A stretch of DNA of 64,000 nt from assembly GCA_963701855.1 (NCBI GenBank), contig CAVPBK010000006.1, positions 448,001 to 512,000 of the forward strand, read 5' to 3'. Shown here piece after piece: positions 42,938-52,841 of the stretch. Origin of the DNA: Nitrospirota bacterium (lineage in GTDB: Bacteria > Nitrospirota > Nitrospiria > Nitrospirales > Nitrospiraceae). Every line of letters begins with the position of its first letter. Within the stretch, counting starts at the first letter, position 1. The notes beneath the pieces were generated by a model. That model was not told the origin of the DNA, searched no databases, and saw nothing but the letters and a program-made list of their open reading frames with translations. Made by a program: the position numbers and the translations under genes.

Positions 42938-43681
42938 TTACCGTTTCGTCCGCACCTTGGCTACAAGTTCTTTGAGGCTCGTCAATTCAAGCGCGCCTTG
43001 ATACATTTCACCGCCTACAACAAACCCCGGCGTTCCCGAAATACCAAGAAGCTTGGCCAGCGCATGATTACGATCGATCGCAACTTGCCATTCCGGCGCA
43101 CGCAGATCCGCCTCGAGCTTCTTGACGTCCAATCCGACTCGCTGGGCAATTGCGAAGACTTCTTCCGTGGTCAGCTCATTGTCCGATGCCAGCATCGCCT
43201 CATGGAACGCTTGGTGTTTACCTTGTTTCCGAGCGGCTAACGCAGCGCGAGCCCCAAAGACCGAGGTTTCCCCCAAAATGGGATAATCTTTGTACACCAC
43301 CCGCACGCCTGGCTCGTCTTTTTGCAATTGCGTCACGGCACTTGCGACCCGCTTGCAGTAGCCACAGCGATAGTCAAAAAACTCGATCACGGTCACATCT
43401 CCATTCAGATTGCCGCTGACGGGAGAAGCCGGATCTCGGAGCAACTCCTCTTGGTGTGTCGCAATCGCCTGCCTGACCCGCACTGCTTCATCCTCTTGGC
43501 GCTTGACCTCATATGCTTGCAAGGATTGCATAATGACCTCGGGATGCGAACGAATATACTGCTCAATGGCCTGGTCTAGTGCAGGCTGTGCGGGAGCCAA
43601 TGACGGTTCGGCCCTTGCAGAAAGTATCGGGCCAACAGCAAGGACGGTCGCACTGAATACGAGGACAGCACGAAGTTTCAT
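42938..43681 (-). CDS. DsbA/Com1-like thioredoxin-fold protein
   Basis: YIRSHPEVI, FFDYRCGYCK, ISGTPGF. Confidence 0.9.
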   Translation of the reverse strand: MKLRAVLVFSATVLAVGPILSARAEPSLAPAQPALDQAIEQYIRSHPEVIMQSLQAYEVKRQEDEAVRVRQAIATHQEELLRDPASPVSGNLNGDVTVIEFFDYRCGYCKRVASAVTQLQKDEPGVRVVYKDYPILGETSVFGARAALAARKQGKHQAFHEAMLASDNELTTEEVFAIAQRVGLDVKKLEADLRAPEWQVAIDRNHALAKLLGISGTPGFVVGGEMYQGALELTSLKELVAKVRTKR

Positions 43682-44184
43682 GGTATCTCCATTAATAGGC
43701 TCGTTCAAAAACGGCAAGAACACCCCAATCGATTCGTACCAATCATACCGCAAGGCTTCACCCGATAGACAGCGAAGGCTCACCAGGTTTACGCCTCTAC
43801 GTATCCTCCATCAAACAATCATTATTTTCCAGAAAATATCGCCGTGGAAACAAATAAGGACATTCTAATTTCCCTGACGTCTCAGCGGGCTGTCGGAGGC
43901 GAAGGTCACCGAAGGCATGGGAACTAGACGAGACTCAATCAGACCAAGAATTGAAGAAATACGGTATGGTGCTATGGTGGGGAGTCTGGCGAGACGAGCG
44001 GCTCCAGACGGTTGATCAGCTCAGGGATGTCATGGCTCACAATCTTCTACCCCCAGCTCGTGCAGCCTACTTGTGTAGTTTTGTATGTGCCTCTCTCAAT
44101 AGGATGATGTCTGACACCTTCCCTTCACCCCTCACGTGCAGGCTTCTTTTACTTGAGGGACGGTTTGGGCGTATCCTGCCAGTC

Positions 44185-44751
44185 ATGAAACGGTGGTATC
44201 TGTATCTGATCGCTGTGCCCCTTGGGTTAGCAATATTGCTTTACCTTGTCGGATTGAACTTTTCAGTTAATTTCACCGACATGTGGAGTAAGGGGCCTCA
44301 ATCAAAGAACATGCAACGCGATGTCGGAAAGACTCCGGAGGAGAATGCAGTCCCGAAAGAGGCGCTGAGGCTACGGCGCAAGCATCAGCTGAGACCGCTG
44401 ACTGAACGGGAAGAGGGAATAAAAATAGAAGAATTGCCGGATGGAATATACGGTTTCTCAATGTGCAGCGTCGTCGCGTTACGCGCGACGCGTGGCAACA
44501 CATTCTCGTTAGAGATTCAGAAGCATGATGGGATCATTTTCTATGTTGGGTATGCCTCTGACGAGGACATAGAGAAATATCTGACTCGTCAAAAAAACTT
44601 TCATATCCTCACGTCTCCTTACCCAAGGAAAGGAGCGTCATCCCTATTCGAAATCCCCATCGAGTTTATCTCGAAATGCGAGGAGCGTACTGAGGGAGAT
44701 GGGTATCTTTTTAATCTGTTTATTACCACTATCCCCGAGTTGCAGATATAA
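44185..44751 (+). CDS. Hypothetical membrane-anchored protein
   Basis: ATG 44185, N-terminal TM, globular C-terminus. Confidence 0.6.
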   Translation: MKRWYLYLIAVPLGLAILLYLVGLNFSVNFTDMWSKGPQSKNMQRDVGKTPEENAVPKEALRLRRKHQLRPLTEREEGIKIEELPDGIYGFSMCSVVALRATRGNTFSLEIQKHDGIIFYVGYASDEDIEKYLTRQKNFHILTSPYPRKGASSLFEIPIEFISKCEERTEGDGYLFNLFITTIPELQI

Positions 44752-44858
44752 GTAGGTGTGGTCCAGGGCAGCCGCCGCAGGCGGTGATTGGTTGTATGTT
44801 AGCTCACCCCTTAATGACGATGGTCAACCTACTCATTCGTTAGGAGTCGAGGCTCTTC

Positions 44859-45149
44859 ATGGGCGGCTTTCTCGCGCTGGTGCTGGCAATCGGAATCGTC
44901 CTCGGTGCGCACAAGTTATGTGATCTGATTGGAGCGCCACTATGGTTCGCAAAGTTTTTGTTCATCAGCGCGTCTCTCGCCACCACCTACTTTTTCGCGG
45001 AAGAGGTCGTTCCCAACAAGCCTTGGGGTATTTGGCTCGCGATGCTCGGTGCAGCAACTGGAATAATCCCTGTAGGGTTCATTGTGTTTAAACACATCGA
45101 AGACGACGACAGGAAAACACGGGACTTTTCTCGACACCATTCAGATTAG
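44859..45149 (+). CDS. Small hypothetical membrane protein
   Basis: 96 aa, three hydrophobic segments, GAGG upstream. Confidence 0.55.
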   Translation: MGGFLALVLAIGIVLGAHKLCDLIGAPLWFAKFLFISASLATTYFFAEEVVPNKPWGIWLAMLGAATGIIPVGFIVFKHIEDDDRKTRDFSRHHSD

Positions 45150-45323
45150 ACCGCACAACAAGAAATGGGTCTAACATGAGTGACGATCCCACTCTTGTCA
45201 TCCACGACCCGCGTTGTTCCGAGCCATCTGCTCTTGGAGTTCCAATCCATGACTCGTTTTTGATTCACTCAAGGTGTGGTAAGGTAGAACCCACCGGTGG
45301 GGTTGTGAGTATCTGAGACTTCT

Positions 45324-46526
45324 ATGAGATCAACGAACTTCGCTCCTCTCGACCTTTCCGATTACGAGATCTCGCCTGAGCAGGGTTTTCTCCCGAAGGA
45401 CCCACTTGAAAGCATTCCAGACTTTCCGGCTCTCACCCATCTTGGGCATGAGTTGCCGAAACTGCTGAGTGCTCGGACGGTCCGGCGGTTCATCGATGAG
45501 CAACGCCAGCTGCTTCCATCCATCCCCACAACGTGGAGCACGGAAGACTGTCGGGCTGCGATGCGAATACTTTCGTTCGCCGGGCATGCCTATGTATGGG
45601 AAGTGCCGGACCAGCCGGTTGCGACATTGCCGCCACAATTGGCGAAACCCTGGCATGAAGTGGCCCAGCGACTTGACCGACCGCCAGTGCTCTCCTACGC
45701 GTCCTATGCCCTCGATAACTGGCGGCGGCTCGACAAGACCAAGCCGATTCAGCTCGACAACATTGTGCTGCTCCAAAATTTTCTCGGTGGTTTGGATGAA
45801 GAATGGTTTGTCGTGGTCCACATCCAGATCGAGAGGGAAGCGGGGCCAGGGCTGGCCGGGCTCCTGCGCGCAATGAGCGGCGCGGCCGAAGATAAGGAGG
45901 GCGAGGTCTTGCTTGGACTCAAATCCTTGGCGTCAGCCCAAACGGCGATGCGCGCCACGTTGCTCAGGATGAAAGAGCGCTGCGATCCTTATGTATACTA
46001 CAACCGCGTGCGCCCCTACATTCACGGCTGGAAGAACAGCCCTTCCTTACCCAACGGGCTCATCTATGAGGGTGTGAAGTCCTATGCCGGGCAGCCGCAG
46101 CAGTTTCGAGGCGAGACCGGCGCGCAAAGCTCCATCGTGCCCTGTCTCGACGCCGGACTCGGAATCGCCCATGCTCCTGACCCCTTGACTCTGTATTTAC
46201 AAGAGATGCGCGACTACATGCCCCCGCGCCACCGCGCATTTCTAGAGACCCTAGAGAAGGCTACTGACGATCTTGGTCGTCCGTTTCTCGCCGGCTATGT
46301 TCGCGATCGGAAACTCCGCACCCCCGATCTCTGGACTGCCTATGGCACCTGCGTCGATCTCCTTGCACAGTTTCGTGAGGTCCACATCGGCTACGCCGAC
46401 AGTTACATCCACCGCCAGCATCAATCCCATGCCAGCAATCCCACGGCCGTGGGAACGGGCGGCACACCCTTCATGCAGTACCTCCAAAAGCACCTGGATG
46501 AAACGAAGCAGGCGATCATCGGGTAA
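45324..46526 (+). CDS. Indoleamine 2,3-dioxygenase family heme protein
   Basis: GFLP, PPVLSYA..NW, EEWFVVVH, VRPYIHGW, GETGAQSS, MRDYMP..HR, FR..H...YI, GTGGT. Confidence 0.9.
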   Translation: MRSTNFAPLDLSDYEISPEQGFLPKDPLESIPDFPALTHLGHELPKLLSARTVRRFIDEQRQLLPSIPTTWSTEDCRAAMRILSFAGHAYVWEVPDQPVATLPPQLAKPWHEVAQRLDRPPVLSYASYALDNWRRLDKTKPIQLDNIVLLQNFLGGLDEEWFVVVHIQIEREAGPGLAGLLRAMSGAAEDKEGEVLLGLKSLASAQTAMRATLLRMKERCDPYVYYNRVRPYIHGWKNSPSLPNGLIYEGVKSYAGQPQQFRGETGAQSSIVPCLDAGLGIAHAPDPLTLYLQEMRDYMPPRHRAFLETLEKATDDLGRPFLAGYVRDRKLRTPDLWTAYGTCVDLLAQFREVHIGYADSYIHRQHQSHASNPTAVGTGGTPFMQYLQKHLDETKQAIIG

Positions 46527-46797
46527 CCCGGCATTACCTGGTCGGTCGTTGACTTACTTTCTCTCCCAGCCTACCGTTTTCTCCATCTCCAATTGGGGAC
46601 AGGGACTGGAGCAGACAGCGAATTGAAGAAACAAGTGCATTCTGAATTTTCTGCTGTCGCAGGCTGTGGGTGTTGGGTAGATCAGGAGCAGGGGTGACAG
46701 GCCCGCTCCGATGTTCTGCAAAACACGTCGTTTTTCTTTCCGGATAGGAAAACCCATGCTAGGGTGAGGGCACAGTTCTGATTAATGGAGGGCTATC

Positions 46798-47169
46798 ATG
46801 CTCGAAACTATCGTCGTTGCCGCTGCATTGTTCGTCTGCCCTGGCGGGGTCTATACCGATACACCCCGTGCCGGTTGTCACCCGCTTCAAGAGTCTAATA
46901 AGGAAGGCTTTAGCACGATTCAGGAGGCGCCGGAGTTCAATTCAAAGTCGCCAGCTCCCGTAACAAGCGATGCCGAAAGACCAACGAGAGAGACGCAGTC
47001 TCGCCTTCCCGCAGCATCAGCCAAGGAATGTGCGATGTACGAGGAATGGGTCACATTGTCCACCAAATCGAGCAGTATCGGAGCCCGGGATCTCTCGCCG
47101 GGAGAATATGAGCGGTGGACAAACCTCAAGCAGGTCTTCGGGAACAGTCCACCTCCTAACTGTCGCTAA
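46798..47169 (+). CDS. Secreted hypothetical protein (DUF4124-like N-terminus)
   Basis: GGAGG RBS; FVCPGGVYTDTP..GC; paired Cys. Confidence 0.6.
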   Translation: MLETIVVAAALFVCPGGVYTDTPRAGCHPLQESNKEGFSTIQEAPEFNSKSPAPVTSDAERPTRETQSRLPAASAKECAMYEEWVTLSTKSSSIGARDLSPGEYERWTNLKQVFGNSPPPNCR

Positions 47170-47365
47170 CAATCCACTGTTTTCCCCAATGCTCAGCCAT
47201 CGCTCGGCCACATCTAGCTGGGCCCCTCTTCATTCATCCCCCTCGTGAAAACGTTTCTAGCTCACTTCCGTCCGGCCTGGATCCCAGCCGTGAAAGAGTG
47301 GTCGTTGACTACGTTTCCCCAGTAGCGTAGCGTATCATTTCACTCAACTCAAAAGGAGGCCAACA

Positions 47366-47491
47366 ATGGCGATCATGTGCTCCCTGGCGGTCTGTAAGGC
47401 ACAGGCAGGGCTGTGCGGTCATGAGAAGGCGATGCTGAGCGTCGTTCTGCTCGCGGCCATCGGCTTTGGCACCTATTTCCTGATCGGCTGA
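47366..47491 (+). CDS. 41-aa Cys/His microprotein with C-terminal TM helix
   Basis: AGGAGG RBS; MAIMCSLAVCKAQAGLCGHEKAMLSVVLLAAIGFGTYFLIG; below the ORF-track cutoff. Confidence 0.7.
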   Translation: MAIMCSLAVCKAQAGLCGHEKAMLSVVLLAAIGFGTYFLIG

Positions 47492-47604
47492 CCAGAGGAG
47501 ATAAAACGAATCCCGTCCACCATGCTCACCTGAGCGTGAGCTGTGCAATAGGATTGGCAGCAAAATAAATCTTGGGGATTGCGGTCTAACAGAAGGCTAA
47601 TCTT

Positions 47605-47732
47605 GCAGGATGCTCAAAATGACCGTCCAGCAAGGCCGCAGGCGAATTGAAACCGGAGGCGTACCCTTCAGGGGTACGTTGAGGATTTCGATGAGTCGAG
47701 AACGAAGCTGGCGGGCTTTTTCAGCATCCTGC
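47605..47732 (-). repeat. MITE-like palindromic repeat
   Basis: Inverted homolog of 32080-32206. Confidence 0.85.
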
Positions 47733-47733
47733 T

Positions 47734-49368
47734 CTAGCGGCTGTGGACCATCGGCAACTCGCGCAACCCTTCTGCTTCCTGTTGAATGCGTAACCGTTCC
47801 AGCCGCGACTCTTCCATCACGCTGTGGAGCATTTCATCCGTCATCTGGGTCATCTGCGCCGCCGCGTCTTTCATCTCGCCATGCTCGACGGCGCGGGACA
47901 GCACTTCAGCCTTCGTAGCGCCTTTCTTTTGTCCCAGAAACGGCTTGATGATAATGTAGGCCACATCCCGCGCCGGCATGAAACGGAGAAACCGCCGTAG
48001 CAGCCGGAACGTCTGGATGGGATAGTGCAGAAGCTTGTACACGAACAGGCGCTTGAGCCCTTGACGGCGAACCTCATTGATCACTTCTCCAGGCAAGCAG
48101 GTCGGATCGATCGTGGAGCATTTGAAATACTTGTACCAATCGGTGGTTTCGTTGACCAATCCACGCTTTACATATTCTTGCCAAAGCGGAGTTCCCCGAT
48201 ACACACAGAGCCGATTAAAACCGAACGTATCGAGCGGCAGCTTGGAAGCCAAGTCGAACGTCGCGTTCATATCTTCGACCGTTTCATCTGGGTTGCCCAC
48301 AGTGAAGAATCCGTGCACGATCTCGATGCCGGCCTTCTTGGCGTTCGTGACAGCAGTGGCCACTTCTTCCAACGTCTGTTCCTTCTTAAGGCGATCGAGA
48401 ATCTTCTGACTCCCGCTTTCAATCCCGAACATCACCGTCCGGCAATGGGCCTTGGCCATGGCAGGAAACAAGTGCTGGGCAACCGAGTCCACCCGCCCTT
48501 CGATACCCCATTGGATCGAGAGTTTCGCGTCCATCACACCTTGGCAAATCGCCTCGATCCGCTTGGGTTGCAGCAGAAAATGGTCGTCAACAAAATAAAC
48601 GGACCCGTAGCCGCATTCTTCGAGATACTTGAGTTCCTTCACCACATGCTGAGCGCTCCGCGCGCGCCACTTACCTTCGTTGAAGATCGGAATATCGCAG
48701 AACACACAGGGCCACGGACAGCCGCGTGAAGTTTGCATCGTCGTGAACCGCTCCATCGAAAGCACCGCAGGCACATCGAGCGGCATTGATTCTATAAAGT
48801 CGAGCGGAAGGCCTTCACGGTCGGGGAACGGCCACTGATCGAGATGGCGTTCCATCGGCCGACCGGAGTTCTGCACGACCCGGCCGTCCTTGGCCCAGGT
48901 CAGCCCCGCGACATCGGCTGGGTCATCGATCCGTTCGAGCAGGTCGAGGAGCAACTGTTCGCCGTCTCCCTTACAGATGAAATTTACTTCAGGGCACTGC
49001 AGTTTGACCAATGCGGCATTCAAACTCGCAAACACTCCTCCAAAGGCCAATTTGACCTTCGAATTGGCGGCGCGAATCTGGCGGGCCAGGATCTTCGCAT
49101 AGGGATAGCTGGTGGTACTGAGAAAACTGAGGCCGACCAGAACCGGTTGTTGCCGATTGATTTCTTCGAGGATGACCTCGTTAGGCGTGTCGGGGTTTGC
49201 CTGATCGAACATCACACACTCGTGGCCCGCCTGCTTGAGCACCGACGAGAGCGACATGATGCCGATGGGCGGGAAGCCCATCACTCGAATGCGGCCGTTC
49301 TTTGCGCGTGTTTTAGCCGGAAGGGCGTAGAACTGTGGGTCGCGAACGTGGATCAGAAATATGCGCAC
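47734..49368 (-). CDS. B12-binding radical SAM enzyme
   Basis: PPIGIMSL B12 domain, TSRGCPWPCVFC, FVDDHF, GIESGS. Confidence 0.9.
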   Translation of the reverse strand: MRIFLIHVRDPQFYALPAKTRAKNGRIRVMGFPPIGIMSLSSVLKQAGHECVMFDQANPDTPNEVILEEINRQQPVLVGLSFLSTTSYPYAKILARQIRAANSKVKLAFGGVFASLNAALVKLQCPEVNFICKGDGEQLLLDLLERIDDPADVAGLTWAKDGRVVQNSGRPMERHLDQWPFPDREGLPLDFIESMPLDVPAVLSMERFTTMQTSRGCPWPCVFCDIPIFNEGKWRARSAQHVVKELKYLEECGYGSVYFVDDHFLLQPKRIEAICQGVMDAKLSIQWGIEGRVDSVAQHLFPAMAKAHCRTVMFGIESGSQKILDRLKKEQTLEEVATAVTNAKKAGIEIVHGFFTVGNPDETVEDMNATFDLASKLPLDTFGFNRLCVYRGTPLWQEYVKRGLVNETTDWYKYFKCSTIDPTCLPGEVINEVRRQGLKRLFVYKLLHYPIQTFRLLRRFLRFMPARDVAYIIIKPFLGQKKGATKAEVLSRAVEHGEMKDAAAQMTQMTDEMLHSVMEESRLERLRIQQEAEGLRELPMVHSR

Positions 49369-49870
49369 ATCGATCTCCAGGTGCGAAATGAATCACACGC
49401 TGCACCCATTACGATCCCGCTACGGTATTTCCCGGCTAAGCCAATAGCGGACCCTGTTTTACAAGTCCTAGTTCGGGATTCTTCGAGGAAATAAAAATGG
49501 TGAAACGATCGCCGGTTCCGAAAAAAGCGCGCTCTCTGGTTTCTAACCTGCAGTACGGCTGCGGGAGAGATTTCAGGGAAGGGAAGAATCCAGATATCGT
49601 TGATAACGTAACACGATTAGACGTGAAGAGATAGGAAATACCATCGCGATTCCATCCCACTTCAGCCATGGGATCTTCCCACATGAACCATACTAAAATG
49701 ATAGGCCTAACGAACATCCACAGTGCGAGGAGGCCAAGAATATCGATGGGCCTTTGCAAAATAGCCAAAAAATGCCAGAAAAGAGCATGGAAAACTGGTC
49801 AATATTGCTCACATTTGAGAAATTGATGCGGCGGGAGGCAGGAGAAGATTAGAAGGCTGAAGTCCGAGGG

Positions 49871-50527
49871 CTAATCAAGCAGGGCGATATTGAGGAGAGA
49901 GCTGCGAACGCGCAATCCGCCATTGTAATCGATGAAGCCAAGTTTCCTGAACTTATTCAGAAAAAAACTGACTCGTGATCGCGTGGTGCCAATCATATCG
50001 GCCAGAGTTTCCTGGCTGATCTTCGGAATAATGAGTTCTTCCACTTTGCTTTCTTTCCCAAAATGGGCGAGCAACAACAGAATTCGAGCCAGCCGTTTTT
50101 CGCTGGAGTTAAAGAGTTGATCCACCAGGTCTGCTTCAATTCTTATGTTACGAGACAGGAGATGGGATATGAACAGTTCGGCGAATGTGGGCTCTTCGCG
50201 AAGTATGCGGACCATCGCAGCTTTGTCGATGCGCATGATCGTAGACTCGTCCAAGGCAGTTGCAGAGGCAGTGCGCACTAGTTGCCCGGTGAGACAAGAT
50301 TCGCCGAAAAATTCCCCTTGCCCTAGAATCGCAATGACGGCTTCTTTGCCTTTAGAAGAGAGCACGGTCAGTTTGACCTTGCCGTCCAGGAGATAGAATA
50401 CGGCATCTGCCGTTTCTCCTTGCGAAAACAACGCCTGCCTCTTTCGGCACTTCAGAATATTTTTTCCGCCATCGACCTTTGTCAGGAAGGTCTTGGGGTC
50501 AAACAGCGTGGCGCGTTTGCGTCCCAT
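49871..50527 (-). CDS. Crp/Fnr-family transcriptional regulator
   Basis: GEFFGE cNMP domain, SQETLADMIGTTRSRVS HTH. Confidence 0.92.
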   Translation of the reverse strand: MGRKRATLFDPKTFLTKVDGGKNILKCRKRQALFSQGETADAVFYLLDGKVKLTVLSSKGKEAVIAILGQGEFFGESCLTGQLVRTASATALDESTIMRIDKAAMVRILREEPTFAELFISHLLSRNIRIEADLVDQLFNSSEKRLARILLLLAHFGKESKVEELIIPKISQETLADMIGTTRSRVSFFLNKFRKLGFIDYNGGLRVRSSLLNIALLD

Positions 50528-50555
50528 GCGAACTTCCTCTCTAGTTGATGACCTG

Positions 50556-51428
50556 TCAGCGGCCCAGGGCCAGTTTGACGGTGGCGCCGAGTTCGGCGGG
50601 ATTTCGGCAGACCCGCACACCAGCCGCTTCGAGCGCTTTCATCTTCTCCGTCGCGGTGCCCTTTCCACCTGAAATGATCGCACCGGCATGGCCCATGCGG
50701 CGCCCTGGCGGAGCCGTGATTCCGGCAATGAAGCTGATGACCGGCTTTTTGACGTTCTTTTTGATGAACTCAGCGGCTTTTTCTTCCGCATCGCCACCGA
50801 TCTCGCCGATCATCACGATCGCCTGAGTCTCAGGATCTTTCTCGAACAACGCCAGTACATCGACGAAGCCTGTGCCATTGACCGGATCGCCCCCGATGCC
50901 GACACATGTCGTTTCACCTAACCCAAGCGTCGTGAGTTGATGCACGGCTTCGTAAGTCAGGGTTCCACTGCGTGACACGACGCCCACCACACCCTTCTTA
51001 TGAATGAAGCCAGGCATAATGCCGATCTTCGCTTCATCGACCGTAATCACGCCGGGACAGTTAGGTCCGATCAATCGGACATCCTTGCCATGGAGTGCAC
51101 GCTTGACCTTGACCATGTCATTGACCGGAATGCCTTCGGTAATACAGATCACGAGCTTGATCCCGGCATCGGCAGCTTCCAGGATTGCATCAGCACAAAA
51201 CGGCGGGGGCACAAAGATCAGCGAGGTGTCGCACTGAGTCTTCTTCACAGCATCGCGCACCGTATTAAAAACCGGAATACCCTCAACTTCCTGCCCCGCC
51301 TTGCCTGGCGTCACACCCGCAACAACCTGCGTCCCATAGGCCTTGCACTGCGCAGCATGGAACGAGCCTTCCTTGCCTGTAATCCCCTGCACCACCACCC
51401 GCGTATTCTTATTAACGAGAATGCTCAC
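50556..51428 (-). CDS. sucD: Succinyl-CoA synthetase alpha
   Basis: VQGITG, GPNCPG, RMGHAGA. Confidence 0.97.
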   Translation of the reverse strand: MSILVNKNTRVVVQGITGKEGSFHAAQCKAYGTQVVAGVTPGKAGQEVEGIPVFNTVRDAVKKTQCDTSLIFVPPPFCADAILEAADAGIKLVICITEGIPVNDMVKVKRALHGKDVRLIGPNCPGVITVDEAKIGIMPGFIHKKGVVGVVSRSGTLTYEAVHQLTTLGLGETTCVGIGGDPVNGTGFVDVLALFEKDPETQAIVMIGEIGGDAEEKAAEFIKKNVKKPVISFIAGITAPPGRRMGHAGAIISGGKGTATEKMKALEAAGVRVCRNPAELGATVKLALGR

Positions 51429-51483
51429 AATGCCCTCTTCTTTCTTCCTCTCGCTCCCTCATGGCTAGAAAGCTTCCCCAGGA

Positions 51484-51577
51484 GAGCGACAGGGTTGAGG
51501 CCCTGACTGCGGCCGTCGAGCGAGCACAGTTTCACCGTGCGCGCTCCGGGAGCAAAAGGGACTTAACCCTGTCGCTC
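51484..51577 (+). repeat. REP-like hairpin repeat
   Basis: GAGCGACAGGGTT...AACCCTGTCGCTC; core shared with 38319-38377. Confidence 0.7.
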
Positions 51578-51585
51578 CCCACTCT

Positions 51586-52764
51586 TCATGCCGCTTTTCC
51601 AGTCAACTTCACAATTTTTTGTGCCGCCTCCCACAAATCGTTCGCCACTTCCAACTTCAGTCCAGACTCGGCCAACAGCTTACGGCCTTCATCCGCATTG
51701 GTCCCCTGCAGTCTGACGACCAACGGCACGTTGATCTTCACTTCTTTAGCCGCTTCAATCACACCGTGGGCAATCCGCTCGCAACGAACGATGCCACCGA
51801 AGATATTGATGAAGATGCCCTTGACGTTCGGATCTTTGAGCAGAATCCGGAAGCCGGCCGCCACGGTTTCTTTCGTCGCGCCGCCACCCACATCCAGAAA
51901 ATTCGCCGGCTCACTGCCAGCCAGCTTGATGACATCCATCGTCGCCATGGCAAGGCCCGCGCCGTTCACCATGCAGCCAATATTGCCGTCGAGCTTGATA
52001 TAGTTCAGGTTATTTTCTCCCGCTTCGATCTCGAGCGGATCTTCTTCGTTGAGGTCACGCATCTGCTGCACATCGGCATGCCGGAACAGCGCGCTATCGT
52101 CGAACGAGACCTTGCCGTCCAATGCGATGAGTTTCTTGTCGCTGGTGATGACCAGCGGATTGATCTCGACCATGGCCGCGTTCTTGTCCATAAACAGGCG
52201 ATAGAGGTTCCCGAGCATCTGAATAAAGGGATTCACGACGGCCGGTTCCATGGCAGGAAGCCCAAGCGCAAAGGCGACATTTCGCCCGTTGTACGATTGA
52301 AACCCGACAGCCGGGTCGATCGCCTCCCGGATGATCTTCTCCGGCTTATGGGCGGCGACTTCTTCGATCTCCATCCCGCCTTCGGTACTCGCGATAAACA
52401 CAGGCCACCCGCTGTCCCGATCCACGAGGAGGCTTACATACAATTCCTTGGCAATTGCGGCCCCCTCTTCGATCAACAACCGTCGCACTTCCCGCCCCTT
52501 TGGACCCGTTTGGTGGGTAATAAGGGTCTTACCGATCAGTTCCTTGACCAGGCCGGGAATGGCCGCCTTGTCCTTTGTAATCTTGACGCCACCGGCCTTG
52601 CCTCGGCCTCCTGCGTGGATCTGCGCCTTGACGACAAACACCGGGGTATTGAGCTCTGTGGCCCATGTTGCTCCCGCCTCTGGCGAGGTGATCTCTCTCC
52701 CGCGCGGGACCGGAACTCCGAATTGTCCGAACAACTGCTTCGCCTGAAACTCATGAACGTTCAT
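51586..52764 (-). CDS. sucC: Succinyl-CoA synthetase beta
   Basis: KAQIHAGGRGKAGG, NGAGLAM, ANFLDVGG. Confidence 0.97.
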   Translation of the reverse strand: MNVHEFQAKQLFGQFGVPVPRGREITSPEAGATWATELNTPVFVVKAQIHAGGRGKAGGVKITKDKAAIPGLVKELIGKTLITHQTGPKGREVRRLLIEEGAAIAKELYVSLLVDRDSGWPVFIASTEGGMEIEEVAAHKPEKIIREAIDPAVGFQSYNGRNVAFALGLPAMEPAVVNPFIQMLGNLYRLFMDKNAAMVEINPLVITSDKKLIALDGKVSFDDSALFRHADVQQMRDLNEEDPLEIEAGENNLNYIKLDGNIGCMVNGAGLAMATMDVIKLAGSEPANFLDVGGGATKETVAAGFRILLKDPNVKGIFINIFGGIVRCERIAHGVIEAAKEVKINVPLVVRLQGTNADEGRKLLAESGLKLEVANDLWEAAQKIVKLTGKAA

Positions 52765-52841
52765 CTCAATCCTTTCAGGTCAAGGCTCAGGCCAAGTGAA
52801 ACATCTTCCTAGCCTCCCTCAACCTCGGCCTTAACCTCAGC

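Noticed and set aside
49436..49768. 110-aa ORF and a sigma-54-like TGGCA site at 49762-49777
   Set aside because: No motifs or RBS; GG-GC spacing is 9 rather than 10
51619..52812. 397-aa plus-strand ORF (also 56001-57029, 20346-21254, 23675-24556)
   Set aside because: Antisense shadows of sucC, icd, shc and smc; no motifs
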